A stretch of DNA of 64,000 nucleotides from Tubulanus polymorphus (GCF_964204645.1 NC_134036.1:10643859-10707858), one strand, 5' to 3'. Counted from the stretch's first letter, positions 50,066 through 62,490 are shown. Notes: generated by a model from the sequence alone, not told the origin. Numbers and translations are program-made.

Positions 50066-51442
50066 TAAATTGATTTTAGAAGTTCAATGATTTATATCAT
50101 GTATTATTTCAATCACACTTTACTAACACTTTTAATGTTTAAAAATCTAACTCACACAAATATGAATATTGAAATAATGTTGTAAATATATACTTTTATA
50201 TTGAATAATCCGTCAATTTAAATGTTATTCATGTATATGATTATTTTAAGAGTAATAGGGGTAATGGGCTTTCAGGTTAAAGGTTGAATCGGTATTCGAA
50301 AAACGCCTAATGAAAAACACCGAATCGGAAAACGCATAACGCCTAATTCAAGTAACATCCAAGAAATTGACCTAAATCCCTACGTGAACTATGTACACAA
50401 CGCTACATAGTTCACGTCGAGTGCGTGGAGCGCCGCCTGTTCCATCTTCGTTTCTACTGTCTTTGGTTACGCAGGCTTATCTGTGTTATTATTTCATATT
50501 AAGACAGAGTATTATGATAATAAAAGACATCATTTTATGGAACATATAGTTTATTATTTTTGTTCAAGGAAGTTCAGGGGCTGGACATTATTTAGTCTCT
50601 CATTGGTTCGGTAGGTTCGGAAGATTAGCGTGGTTGTGAACATTTTTGGAGGATAATTTTGAGAATGGCTATTTTATCAGTCTCTGTGTGCGTTGTACCT
50701 ACGAGCGAAGGTTGTACCATATTTATGCATTCCGGTTTCAAAATTCAAGAAAGCCGGTTTATAACCGCGGCGTTTGTTTTCGCGTTATCATAGAAGTGTA
50801 AACTGTTTCAGTTTACACTTCTATGGCGTTATGTGATTGATCGCTTGCACGGCGGACATTCTATCATCATCCTATAATGAAGTTTATTAGAGTAGTAGTC
50901 TCGTTTCGTGAAGCGTAAAACACATGTATTTTCAAACTGTTCCGTTGATGAGTTGGATTGTGAGTCTCAGTAGATGGTGCAATTACGAAATTAGGTCATT
51001 TTCTAGGAATTAGGCGTTATGCGTTTTCCGATTCGGTGTATTTCATTAGGCGTTTTTCGAGTACCGAAGGTTGAATGGTCGAGTTCATTAAAAACAAAAC
51101 ATTAAAAGTAATTTAAAACTATAATATATTTTCATAACCGTGTGTATTTCAGTTGAATAATAGAATAATTATTATCATTAAAATATATTTGATTATATGA
51201 ATTTGTGTATTGTAAATAAATCAATTGGTCGCGGAGCGGAGCGGTAGCGAAGTGGAGCGACCAATTGATTTAATACAATATGCTTTTTAAATTATTGATA
51301 TCTTAGAATAAATATTTAGTTATAATATAAAATACACACGGTTATGAAAATATATTATAGTTTTAAATTACTTTTAATGTTTTGTTTTTTAATGAGCTCG
51401 ACCGTTCGACCTTTGGCTTGGAAGCCCATTACCCCTATTACT
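50066..51442 (-). repeat. Right TIR, interrupted by a MITE
   Basis: Matches the left TIR; ends CCCCTATTACT. Confidence 0.92.
50290..51066. mobile_element. MITE, ~60-bp TIR, 10-bp TSD AAGGTTGAAT (Mutator-like)
   Basis: CGGTATTCGAAAAACGCC...GGCGTTTTTCGAGTACCG; absent from the left TIR; second copy at 61651-62409. Confidence 0.93.
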
Positions 51443-51793
51443 ACAATGGATCCCGGAATATTGTAAATGCTACCCTATCAATCAAATTCTCCCTACTAGC
51501 CAACTTCAGAAAATATTGGAAATGTGAAATATCAGATTCAAAACATAGTAGTTACCAATTTTACAACAAATACAAAACTGACTTTAAATTAGAAAAATGT
51601 CTCTTCGTCACTAACGACTTCTGCCAAAGGTCAGCAATGGCCAAATTAAGAACTAGTTCCCATAACCTCATGATCGAAAAAGGGCGGCACCTATCAATAA
51701 CTGCTGAAAATCGTTTATGTCTAAAATACAACACTATAGAGGATGAGGAGCACTTCTTATTTAACTGCACTAGATTTGATGTATACAAACAGA
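51443..51793 (+). pseudogene. Non-LTR retrotransposon ORF2 C-terminal fragment
   Basis: KLRTSSHNLMIEKGRH...RLC...EDEEHFLFNC. Confidence 0.8.
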
Positions 51794-52822
51794 AGTAATT
51801 GTATAAATAGGGGTTCAGATCAAAGGTCGAAAGGTCGAGCTCTTAAAGAATGAAAAATACACGCACGCTCGAATTTATTTTTCATTTTTTACTCACTCAA
51901 CCTTTCAACCTTTAATCCGAACCCCCATATATACGATCTGTAGATTATGAATTTAAAAAAGTTAACCGAATTAACTTTAAATAAGAAATATTTAATTACA
52001 AATATTGAAACAGTTACTAATAGATATGGAGATAAATTAGTTATTCACTATTATTCACTATAGATTATCTCGTGAAGATCTAGAAGAATTATATTCAGGT
52101 GATTTCTATTTCATATACAAAGGTAAGAATGAAAAAGGTCACCATGATATAGATTTCGAATAATATAAAATCAATTTTAATAAAAAATTTGACATTAAAA
52201 TCGAAGCAAATAAGAAGTACTACTGTCCAACATGTAAAATCAATATAGATAAATCTCAAAAAGCAAGACCTAATGATACTAAATCTCACTTAGAAAATAA
52301 ATTGAAATTAGAATATAATATTGATATATTACAAACTAAATTAGATGAATTAAAGAATGAAAAAGAAATAAATAAATATGATACATGTAATCAATCATTC
52401 AGTTACAAAAGGTATTATTATGAACAACATTTAAAATCTAAAAGTCATATTAGAAATATTAATAATAATATTTTAGGTGAAGATTATTTTGATAAAGATA
52501 TTAATGAGAAAAAAAGCATGATTAAAAGAATAAAAAAAAATTAAACAATAAAAGACCATGCATGGAAGATGTTAGAAATTATATTAATTCATTAGATGAT
52601 AAAAAAGATATTGAAATTACTGAAGCATTTTAAATTTATATTGGACCAGCTGCTATTGAATTTAAATTTTATAAAGGTTAATTGATAGAGGAAAATTTAG
52701 AAAATATGAAAAATATTATAAAAATAATTACAGACGTAGAATATCCTAAAATTAGTATATCTGATAAAGTTAAATTTATAAAATCTGAAGATAAACCAAT
52801 GAAAATATAAATTCTCATTCAT
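51794..52822 (+). mobile_element. Truncated left end of a related Polinton
   Basis: AGTAAT start with a short fold-back, then homologues of the 32586 gene and of the pPolB N-terminus (29009-29635). Confidence 0.85.
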
Positions 52823-53039
52823 AATTCCGTATTTGGTCGGGTTGGAACAATGAAGTGTATTAATAATGTGGTTCCTGGAGGGATCTCGCTGTTACTTCTT
52901 GATACTCCCGGCTACTTTCTATAAAAGGAAGAAACGGAAGTATCGGGAGACATCGTTCTGTTGCTTTATCCTGTATTAGTAATGAGTAAATGAAAAATTA
53001 GTATAACAGTTATAGAATATTTTAGGGTGTAATAAAATG

Positions 53040-53975
53040 TGTAATACGTGGAAGTGTGCTCGTGAGCACTTAACTGAATCACAAAGTAAGATGAAAATGT
53101 GGCATGACATGAGAGCTAGGAGTATAATTTTTTATCCAGGAGATAAAGTTCTAGTTCTCTTTCCGATGTCAGTTAAACTTTACGTGTTAAGTATCAGGGT
53201 CCCTACGTAGTAAAGGAAAAGGTTAATCATGTTGATTATATAGTAACAACTCCTGATGTAAATATGATGAAACCATATGTAATTATAGAAGATGTGATGT
53301 TAGGAATCCAAAAGTTGTTTCTTTATTAACTGGGGAACCATTTCATAATGTGCTGGATTTGAATAATTTGGTGGTTCCTCCTACTTTTGACAATTCGAGT
53401 GAATTAAGGTTATTGGATGAAAATTTATCGCATTTAGAACCTAATCAAAAGAAACAATTGATTTATATGATTAATGAATTTAGACGTTTGTTCACAGATC
53501 CACCGGGTGAAACCAGTTTGATAACTCATGATCTGGATGTGGGTGATGATACACCAGTTAAACTGGCCCCATATCGAGTGAATCAAGAGAGATATCCTGA
53601 AAACGGAGATCGAGGCCATGGTAGAAATCGGTGTAGCTGAACCCAGTGATAGTGACTGGAGTTCTCCGTGTCTGTTAATTCCTAAGCCAGATGGAAAGGT
53701 GAGGTTTGCGACAGATTTTCGTTAAGTCGATTCAGTGACAAGACAGATGGTTATCCAATACCCAGGATAGATGATCTTGTCGATCACTCATTCACCTGAT
53801 GAAGTTTCTATCAATTAGTAGCGAAAGCTCGTGCGTCAAATAAATAGTTAACCTATATAGTGCTACTCGTCTCGTTACTTATTCGATCAGATTGGTAAAT
53901 TAAGTGTATGACTAAAATCGATTTAACCAAGGGTTATTGGCAAGTTCATTTGACGAACCGCGCTAAGAACATAGC
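53040..53975 (+). pseudogene. Ty3/Gypsy pol remnant, integrase tail followed by RT (Gmr1-like order)
   Basis: PGDKVLVL...YQGPY.V...DYIV then PYRV...SDWSSP.LLIPKPDG.VRF..DFR...YPIPRIDDL...IDLTKGYWQV. Confidence 0.8.
53787..53882 (+). ncRNA. 96-bp insert containing a minimal type I hammerhead ribozyme; 7-bp TSD TCGATCA
   Basis: CAC-CTGATGA-stem II-GAAA-GC-TC-GTG (53793-53833) followed by AATAAA. Removal restores RT DDLVDQIGK. Confidence 0.75.
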
Positions 53976-53982
53976 TGCAGAG

Positions 53983-54030
53983 AGTTAGGGTTAGGGTGAG
54001 GGTAGGTTTAGAGATAGAGGTTAGGGGACC
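53983..54030 (+). repeat. Degenerate (TTAGGG)n tract
   Basis: GTTAGGGTTAGGGTGAGGGTAGGTTTAG. Confidence 0.6.
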
Positions 54031-54119
54031 AAACCGAAGGTTTGGAGACCCCACTAGTGCACGGGCAGCGGGTTATCCCTGTAAAAAACGGTATGAATTA
54101 ATTTTTGTGATAAGGCGGT

Positions 54120-54550
54120 CTACGGGACGTTGATACCTCGGGGCGTGTTCGTGTCGAGTCGTCGTATCCAGTCTTATTCGGCTGCTTCGCGGGTCGGTCT
54201 CGTCGAGCCTGGTAGGTGTTGGAGACCGTACACCCGAAAGTGTTCGCGGGTGTGGTCGACCTGGTTGAAGTGGTCAGAGACTGGAGTCGAATTCTGATGC
54301 GTGAGACGTGATCCGTGACGCGTTCTCGTAGAGACATTCCGGTTTGGCCGACGTACAGCATGTTGCACTTGGTGCATTCGATGCAGTATATAATTTCACG
54401 GGTCGCGCAATTAATTGTGCTGCGGATCGCGTGCATTTTGTTGTGGCTGCGGCAAACGGTTGTTTCTCGGTTGAGGGGACACGTACGGCATATCGGTGTT
54501 CTGCATTTCTTGGTGCCTCGACGTCGGGTTGACGGAGTTCTTGAGTAGAC
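54120..54550 (-). pseudogene. Penelope-like GIY-YIG endonuclease fragment
   Basis: C....CRTC...IIYCIECTKCNMLYVGQTG..LRER..DH; PVSDHFN...E..WIRRL.T..PRGIN, with a frameshift and a stop. Confidence 0.88.
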
Positions 54551-54563
54551 CTAGAGGGGACTC

Positions 54564-54613
54564 GGGTGAGGGTTAGGGTAAGGGTAAGGGTTAGGTTTAG
54601 GGTTAGGGTAAGG
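54564..54613 (+). repeat. Degenerate (TTAGGG)n tract
   Basis: GGGTGAGGGTTAGGGTAAGGGTAAGGGTTAGGTTTAGGGTTAGGGTAAGG. Confidence 0.7.
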
Positions 54614-55539
54614 TTCTGTTACATATTATAATAGGGTAGGGTCAAGATGAGGATATAAGTAGTTAGACAGTTGCAAATTTTGACAGCTTCGGCGATAGGG
54701 CTGGGGGAAAACGTTAGGCTAGCACCATTGGGCTTGCGCGTTGGAATCCTAATTTTCGTGGATCTCTCTTAGAATTTTCTAAGTCCAGCGCATTCGCGCA
54801 TGCGCATTGCATTGATTTGTGGATGGTTTCATTATTACACAAATTGCCAATAAATAAATGACTACCGGCGTCGTCACATTTTTGCTACACGTGCGCAATA
54901 TTTGCCAGCAGGTTCGAATGCCATCCCAATCGGGGCGATTGTTATTCATACTAGAAAAAGCTATGTCCTAGAACTAAAACGATCGACTAAAGTCACCATG
55001 GTATGTTGTCGTTTTCAACGTAAATACAACGTCGACAACTCAGTCGTGTTTTTAGATATATATTTATACCGTTGAGTTCTAATCCCATTAATTAGATTGA
55101 TCCATCGAAGCACATATGTTTTGAAAACAATTGCCAAAACGATTTTGTGAGTTTTAAAGAGGGGATGTCATTTTTTATTCGGCCTATTTTGATACGACAT
55201 GGAAATCAACTAGTAAACTAGCGGCGTCAGGTTATAACTAGCGAAACCATCGACGTAAATTCACCGTGGTATTTCGACGTCATGGTCTTCAACGTAGGAT
55301 AAACGTTGAAAATACGTCGTGTGCCCACTGAGAATCGATGCAACTATTGAAATTTTGAGATGCTCCCTTAGATAAAGACACTCCTCCGATTCTGAAAAAC
55401 ATAGAGTTAACTGATACCTTTGAAGTCGGAAGAAGGATAAGCTCGAGTCCTGTACCAGCAGCATTATTTTTCTCTTTAATATCCGTTTCTGGAATGCTTG
55501 AGGTCATGGTTAATTAATGTTAATGTTGTCGGTTTATCA

Positions 55540-55870
55540 ATTATATCCGGTACAGTTGAAACATGCGATAGTGCATCCTATTTTAGAGAAGGTTTCTCTT
55601 GATCATCAGGGACTCAAAAATTACCGACCAGTTTCAGTATTCCTTTCATATCCAAATTCCTTTCATATCCTGCCAGAATCATTGACCACCTTGATAAACA
55701 TGATCTTCACGAGCCTTTTCAATCTACATATCGTGCTAGCCACAGTACTCAAACAACTCTACCGAGAGTAACGAATGACACCTTGTCTGGAATGGATTCT
55801 AGCAAGGTAGTCTTTATGGTTATGCTTGACCTCTGCATTCTACACAATAGATCACTCAATACTCGAAATC
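55540..55870 (+). pseudogene. CR1/L2-type LINE RT fragment
   Basis: LKHAIVHPIL.K..LD...LKNYRPVS; FQSTYRASHST...RVTND...MLDL in shifted frames. Confidence 0.8.
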
Positions 55871-58800
55871 TGAATACGGTTTTGACGGCAAGTTAGGGAG
55901 CATCTCAATAGTTTCCTCAATTAGAATAACTGTCTAATTGGTTTCACCCCCCCCCCCCCTTTGATTAGACACATGCCAAAGTTGGAACTATTGATTTTCT
56001 AATGAGATACCACCCACAGGACATTCTCACGAGTGTTCGATCACAACTTTACTTGAAAAATAAATAAGCAAAATTACAAGCGGAAAACCTATTAAACTCT
56101 AATAGACTGTATAAACAAAATCAAATATATTTCAAAATACCAACAGCATATAAGAGACGGTTAAATCTACTGCTTGTAATATTTATATTTGAAACAGCAA
56201 TTCAATTTAATGTTATCTTTATTGCACCGCAATAAATCGATTGTTCGGCAGTCGCGATGAATCCGCGGAAGGCCTAACCCCCCCATTCCCTTCCGCGAGT
56301 TATTCTAATTGAAATAACTATCGAAATTTTGAGATGCTCCCCAACGTGTTGCTCCAAAATATAACCACGGCCTTGTGAAGTATAAGCGCCAGATAAAGAT
56401 ACATTGCATAAGCGCTAAGGCATTTGCTATTTTCTCGGAGCTTGCCCATCCCCAACCTCTCAAAAAAATCGTCAAATTAAAAATGGTTATCGTTGTTAGT
56501 AGTAGTATAGATAGAGCCTGATACTGATCTTTTACAATTTTTTTTCTAACATGATATTTTTTTAGGATTGGTTTATGAAGTTGAAGAGTCAGAGTCTAGA
56601 GTTATATGCGGAACTTGATTTGAGGATCGATGTGTTTGTTCCTCGCCATTGAGAGGGAATCTCGTATTCATCAATACGAAGCTATTCACCTTAAAATCAT
56701 GAACAGCTAACAAACCGATCATTGATTTATTTACTCGCAGTTTTATTGAAGCTAATTATAACACGAGATTTGATGACAGGGTTACAAATATAAATTCAAT
56801 TCGAGCATTTTATAGTCAGTAACCTGATTTTGGTTCAGTTCAATGATCGGATTTTCCACCTATATCCGATTATAAAAACTGGCCACCAACTATTAGCCTC
56901 ATTTCTCAACCTAGGATGCACACGTTCCAAAACATGTCGCTGCTGGGTTGCAGCAATCGGCAGACGAATGACAGTGTCCACCTTTTTCATTGCAACCGAA
57001 CACATCTAAAAATGACATTTAAATAGGTGACGCTGCATAGTGTTATGTTAATATCGATGGTTTATAAAAACCCGCACCGCAGGTAACGATCCCAACCTAA
57101 TACACCCCAACCCACCGCTCCCCTTTCAGGGCACCCATTATGCGAGGACTGAAGGTCATCGAAAAATTGAAAGGACATAAAAATTGGTAAGAATCCAACT
57201 CTCGTTCTTTCAATTAAATCTATTACAATTTTCATAGTGGAAATCAATGAAACTTTTCTGACTTTGTTTTGTTCGAATGTTCGAAAATTACGATATAGTT
57301 ATTGAATGGTGGTAATTTTTCTTATAAAATCTTAAGTTTTATGAAACTCACCGCCTGACTGACCACATGCCACAGTCGCAACGATAATACCTACACGAGT
57401 GACCAAATAGGCAAACATTTTAAATCACCTAAAATTTGAATTTAAAAAACTGATAAATTTACTGTGTATGATGTACACTTTCCCATAATCCCTCGAAATC
57501 ATTTGAAATCCCTCGAAACCAGGTTGCCTTTAGACATCGCTTAGAAGCCATAATGGCCGCTGAACACGTGAAAAAAAAACGTTTTCTCGTGTTTTTTTTT
57601 CTTATGCCGTGTGCGGGGAGTCAAAACACAAAACACAGAACAGAAAAACGTTTTTCACAAAACAAGCACCGCTTGATTAGCGAAAAAAAGTTTTGCGAAG
57701 TCGAAATGGTTCTTCGTCCCGTGTGCGTTGGATGTTTTATCGTTTGCGGACAAAATGTTTCATGAAAAACGTTTTGTGGAAAACGTGTTTTCTGTTTTGA
57801 CCGAAACAAATGTTATGCCGTGTGCGGCGGGCTTTAGTGTTAATGATCCGAAATGGTAGAATATTTTGAAGTCACGTGAAAACCTCAGAAATATATCGGA
57901 TATATAATAACCAGCGAAAGGTTTTTTGCCAAACAAGAACTGCTTAATTTGTAAAACGTTTTGGGTAGCGTTTACAAATTACGTACCTTAAAATCTCGTT
58001 TTTCTGACCCCCCTCTTAGGTACGCACCATGACACCCATGAACACCCCCCCCCCCCCATTATATTCATAACAAGCAGACATAGAACTTAGTCCGATATGA
58101 AGAAATGACACAACATATGAATTAAGCAAGTATTGCTGTTTATTGATTTCATATACCCGGTACTAAAAGCCGCGATAACACCAGTGGTATCGGCTATTTT
58201 CATTTGAGTTTGGTGCATAAAGTGCGTACGGTACCAAGATTGATTAATACCCCATCAAAGTACGTACCTTTATGCTAAATGTATTGATCTATATTCTATT
58301 GCAGATGTACCTACTTTATCTAGATGATCTTCACCACTGATGCTGCTAGTTCTGAATATAGTGAATATTCCGTATAGTTTTCAATACTTATAGAAGCACA
58401 CGACGTCAAAACGCAGTTTACAATGTTTGCTTTTCGATTCATGATGTTGACTTTTCGTCTCGAAATTTCAGTAACTCGAATCCTAATCGCAACAGGTGGT
58501 TGAATATGAAACGCTCTTTTTATATATGTGTCTACAGATGTCTACGAGTATTGACATTTGCTTCAAATAATATAATTATTTCATAATGATGATAAAAGCA
58601 AAACAGCGATCACGGGTTTTCTTAATGATCCTGACTATAATAGGTTATCGTAGATCATGCCGGTGTGATTCTAAAACATCTATAATATTGATTATATATT
58701 CTTTATAAATTTTTGGCTCGCACTAGCGAGGCCTATGTCTGGTCTGGCCGATCGATAACCATTCGTATGCTTAATACACTACGCTCGAAGCTATTTTTGC

Positions 58801-61307
58801 ACACTCAAACGCAATTTCAGTAGCCTGTTATTTCACTATTAATGGGCGAATTGAACGGAATAAGCAAAAATATATTTCGTAATTGATTTTTCTTTATGGT
58901 GCGTTAAGTTGAGAGCCATGGGTTTCATATTTTTGGAGAAATTTACCAAAAAGTTTCAAAAATTCGATTTATTGGAGAACGTTTTTCATGCAGCATCTTA
59001 AACTGTTTCCCTGGTATAGAGAGTCCAACCCCCAGCAAGGATTCGAACCTGATGAACAGCGTGTACGTCTACAACGGTGCGAACAACAATAGCAATTAAT
59101 GTAGAGAGAAATAATGTTTGATCGAACTATTGAAATAATGACGATGTTTCAATTGGTTTCAATTCTCTTTATCTCCATCACTCAAACGTACTCAAATTGG
59201 TATCGTATATCACCAACGTCAAACAACATATGTTCCGAACTTCAGCAGCTGTTTTAGGAGTACTAAGATTTTTCATGGTTATTTAAGTTAAATTTATTAA
59301 ACAGTTTAAACCATCACAAGAGATCCTCAAACCGTCTTCTTGAATCTTTAAATCCATCGAGATTGCGATGGTCGTCATTTAGTAAATGATTTGAATTGAA
59401 CAAAATCATCGTTGCGAAAAAGTTATTGAGAATGATAAACAAGTCATTACTATTAACTCGTGATCTTATCATATTGAATCAAATGACCCATCGTGAATGA
59501 GAAGGTCGTCACGACTAATACCTATTTCACTGAATCGTTGACACTATCGAGGATGAGAAATTCGCAGAGAACACAGTTTTTGGTTTACCTATGTTATGTC
59601 TGTTGGTTGGCAGTTAAACCTACATGTTGAAAAGTACATCTATGTTGTCTGATGTGACATTCGCAACTGAACACATTTTCTAGGGTTTTCACAATTGAGC
59701 GTGAACATTGATTCTAAAGATTCAGTTTCAATTCGACTAATTTGAAAAAGATCCACAATAATTGAAATGATCAAAAATATTAAATGAATCCAGTTCATTG
59801 GATATATGAATTTTTTTCAATTTGGATTCCACACTTATCGTAATGTTATTTTAATCTGAATCAAGTTGTTCATCTGGTTGGTGTAATTGGAATTTGGGTC
59901 TAGTTCCATAGTTGTCATGGTGAGTTTGTCAGTTATTTTTGATCGGGATCCAGTTCCACGATATGGCTCGAATCTAAATACAACCCCACGGTTTAACTGT
60001 TTAAAATGATTCGCGATCCACTTCCACAGTTTTAATGTATTGGTTTTACTCCGAATCCCGTTCCAAGATAAAGAGCGGGATCGGAATCCAGTTTCACTAT
60101 ATGCACTCAAGATGACTGGGAATCCAGTTCCGCAGTTATGTAAGTCTAATATGTCTCCGAATCAAGCCCGATCTTTAATTTAACATGGTTGAATGCGTTC
60201 CTTACTAAACTATGTCATTTTGGGTCCCGAATATTCAGTTATTACATCAGACGAAAAAGTTTCATATTTCACCCGTTTCCACTCAGGATTGATGCACTGA
60301 CGTTAAAACCGAGCGAGTTAATAATCCTGAACAGAAAAACAAATAGTGTATTATATATCTGAAGTGCAAAATTCATGAGAGAATAATCTACATAGAGCTT
60401 CCTATATCGTTATATAGTTTTTCATGCAACTGTCAGTGATGACCAGATGACGATCAATATGACGCGATACGAGTGAAGAAAAACAATTCTGAGGACCGAT
60501 TGGAAAAACAATTCATTCACGGCTCTGTGAGAGTACATAGTGATGCAGGTGGAACGATTTGAAGTGCCAGATACGAATCGATTTACCATAACAAAACTTC
60601 GGTAGAAGTTTCAATATATATTAAGCTGTGCAATCATAAGCTTATTTCAATGAGTCCAAATGTATAAAATAAGGCACCAAATGTGTCATTCGTCGACCGT
60701 ACTGGCTGAAGAAAAGGAGAGTTGAATACGTTGGAAGAAGCGATTGAGGTGAGCGCATTCATGAAATATTCATATCTTTATTATTCATACTCAAACGTTG
60801 ATTTTCAGTAAAACAATATACAATTTCAGATGTTGTATACCTACTCTTGACTCACTTAAAAACATTCACTTTCATAAAAGCCTGTTACATTATTTCAAGG
60901 AATTACTGCACTTGTGAATGTGATTCTAATAATATGTGTACTAGAACTATTGGTCCACGTACGATTAAGCTACTGACGTAAAAAACAACCGAAAAAAACG
61001 TCTCACTTGATCGTTTCTACAAAATTACACCCTTAAAACGATAATGACTTGAAAACGTATATTCCTAGGGATAAAATTCCATTCTTAACACAGAGTAAAA
61101 TGAGACACATCTACATGTAAAACTAGTAAGATATGCATATGCATAACAATCGGTAAAGGCTGAATTATTTCATACAGTTTCTATATATTCAGCCGGAATT
61201 TGGATGTATTGGACGTGCAATATGTTGCCAAGAATAAAATCTGATCACCATTCTTTTTAATTCACATGAATTAAAAAAATGTCTAGTATAACGATTATCT
61301 TTCATAA

Positions 61308-62490
61308 CCTTCATTTGCTTTGCAGCACGTTTTCCCCTATTATCTGTTGATCTTTTTTTGTGCTGGTTTAGTTTTTCTTTGAACGCAACGACTGAGGGAA
61401 CAGCGTCTGGTTTCAAGATTTTCCTTTCCTCTGAAATTGAAATTTGAGCAACACGTATAAAAGAGCTTCGTGGTAGATTGTCAGCATATTGATTTCTCAT
61501 GCAAATTTAAACTAACCTAAAAGTCCCGTTTTTCTGTGATCAGCTGGTTTAAAGTGCTTGTGACAAACAAAGCTACGTTGACCAGGCGACCATAATTTTC
61601 TTTTGTCAGTATTATCGGCTCTTTTTATTGCTACACACCATTCCTTATACCGGTATTCGAAAAACGCCTAATGAAAAACACCGAATCGGAAAACGCATAA
61701 CGCCTAATTCATAGTAACATCCAAGAAATTGACCTAAATCCCTACGTGAACTATGTACTCAACGCTACATAGTTCACGTCGGAGTGCGTGGAGCCCCGCC
61801 TGTTCCATCTTCGTTTCTACTGTCTTTGGTTACACAGGCTTATCTGTGTTATTATTTCATATTAAGACAGAGTATTATGATAATAAAAGACATCATATTT
61901 TTTATATGGAACATATAGTTTATTATTTTTTGTTCAAAGAAGTTCAGGGGCTGGACATTATTTAGTCTCTCATTGGTTCGGTAGGTTCACATTAGCGTGG
62001 TTGTGAACAGTTTGGAGGATAATTTGAGAAAGGCTATTTTATCAGTCTCTGTGTGCGTTGTATCATATTTATGCATTCCGGTTTCAAAATTCAAGAAAGC
62101 CGGTTTATAACCGCGGCGTTTGTTTTCGCATTATCATAGAAGTGTAAACTGTTTCAGTTTACACTTCTATGGCGTTATGTAATTAATTGCTTGCACGGCG
62201 GACATTCTATCATCATCCCATAATGTAGTTTACAAGAGTAGTCTCGTTTCGTGAAGCGTAAAACACATGTATTTTCAAACTGTTCCGTTGATGAGTTGGA
62301 TTGTGAGTCCCAGTAGATGGTGCAATTACGAAATTAGGTCATTTTCTAGGAATTAGGCGTTATGCGTTTTCCGATTCGGTGTATTTCATTAGGCGTTTTT
62401 CGAGTACCGTTCCTTATACAGGTTTTTCTTGGTAGGGAACTTATGTCCCCCTTTGCTATTGTGACCAACCACAACACAATAGTCAGACAT
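61308..62490 (-). pseudogene. Spliced THAP-domain gene interrupted by a MITE
   Basis: After removing the MITE: MSDYCVVVG...HKFP...KEWCVAIKR...W.PG.RSFVCHKHF, intron 61431-61516, then LKPDAVPSV. Confidence 0.8.
61651..62409. mobile_element. Second copy of the CGGTA MITE, 10-bp TSD TTCCTTATAC
   Basis: TSD at 61641-61650 and 62410-62419; body nearly identical to 50290-51066. Confidence 0.93.

Larger units (their letters stand above)
28413..51442. mobile_element. Polinton/Maverick (adintovirus-like) endogenous virus
   Basis: TIRs starting AGTAAT and ending ATTACT enclose pPolB, minor and major capsid, ATPase and integrase; sharply AT-rich, densely packed ORFs. Confidence 0.97.

Noticed and set aside
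53983-54613. A true telomere or chromosome fusion site
   Set aside because: The tracts are short, degenerate and in the same orientation, not head-to-head.
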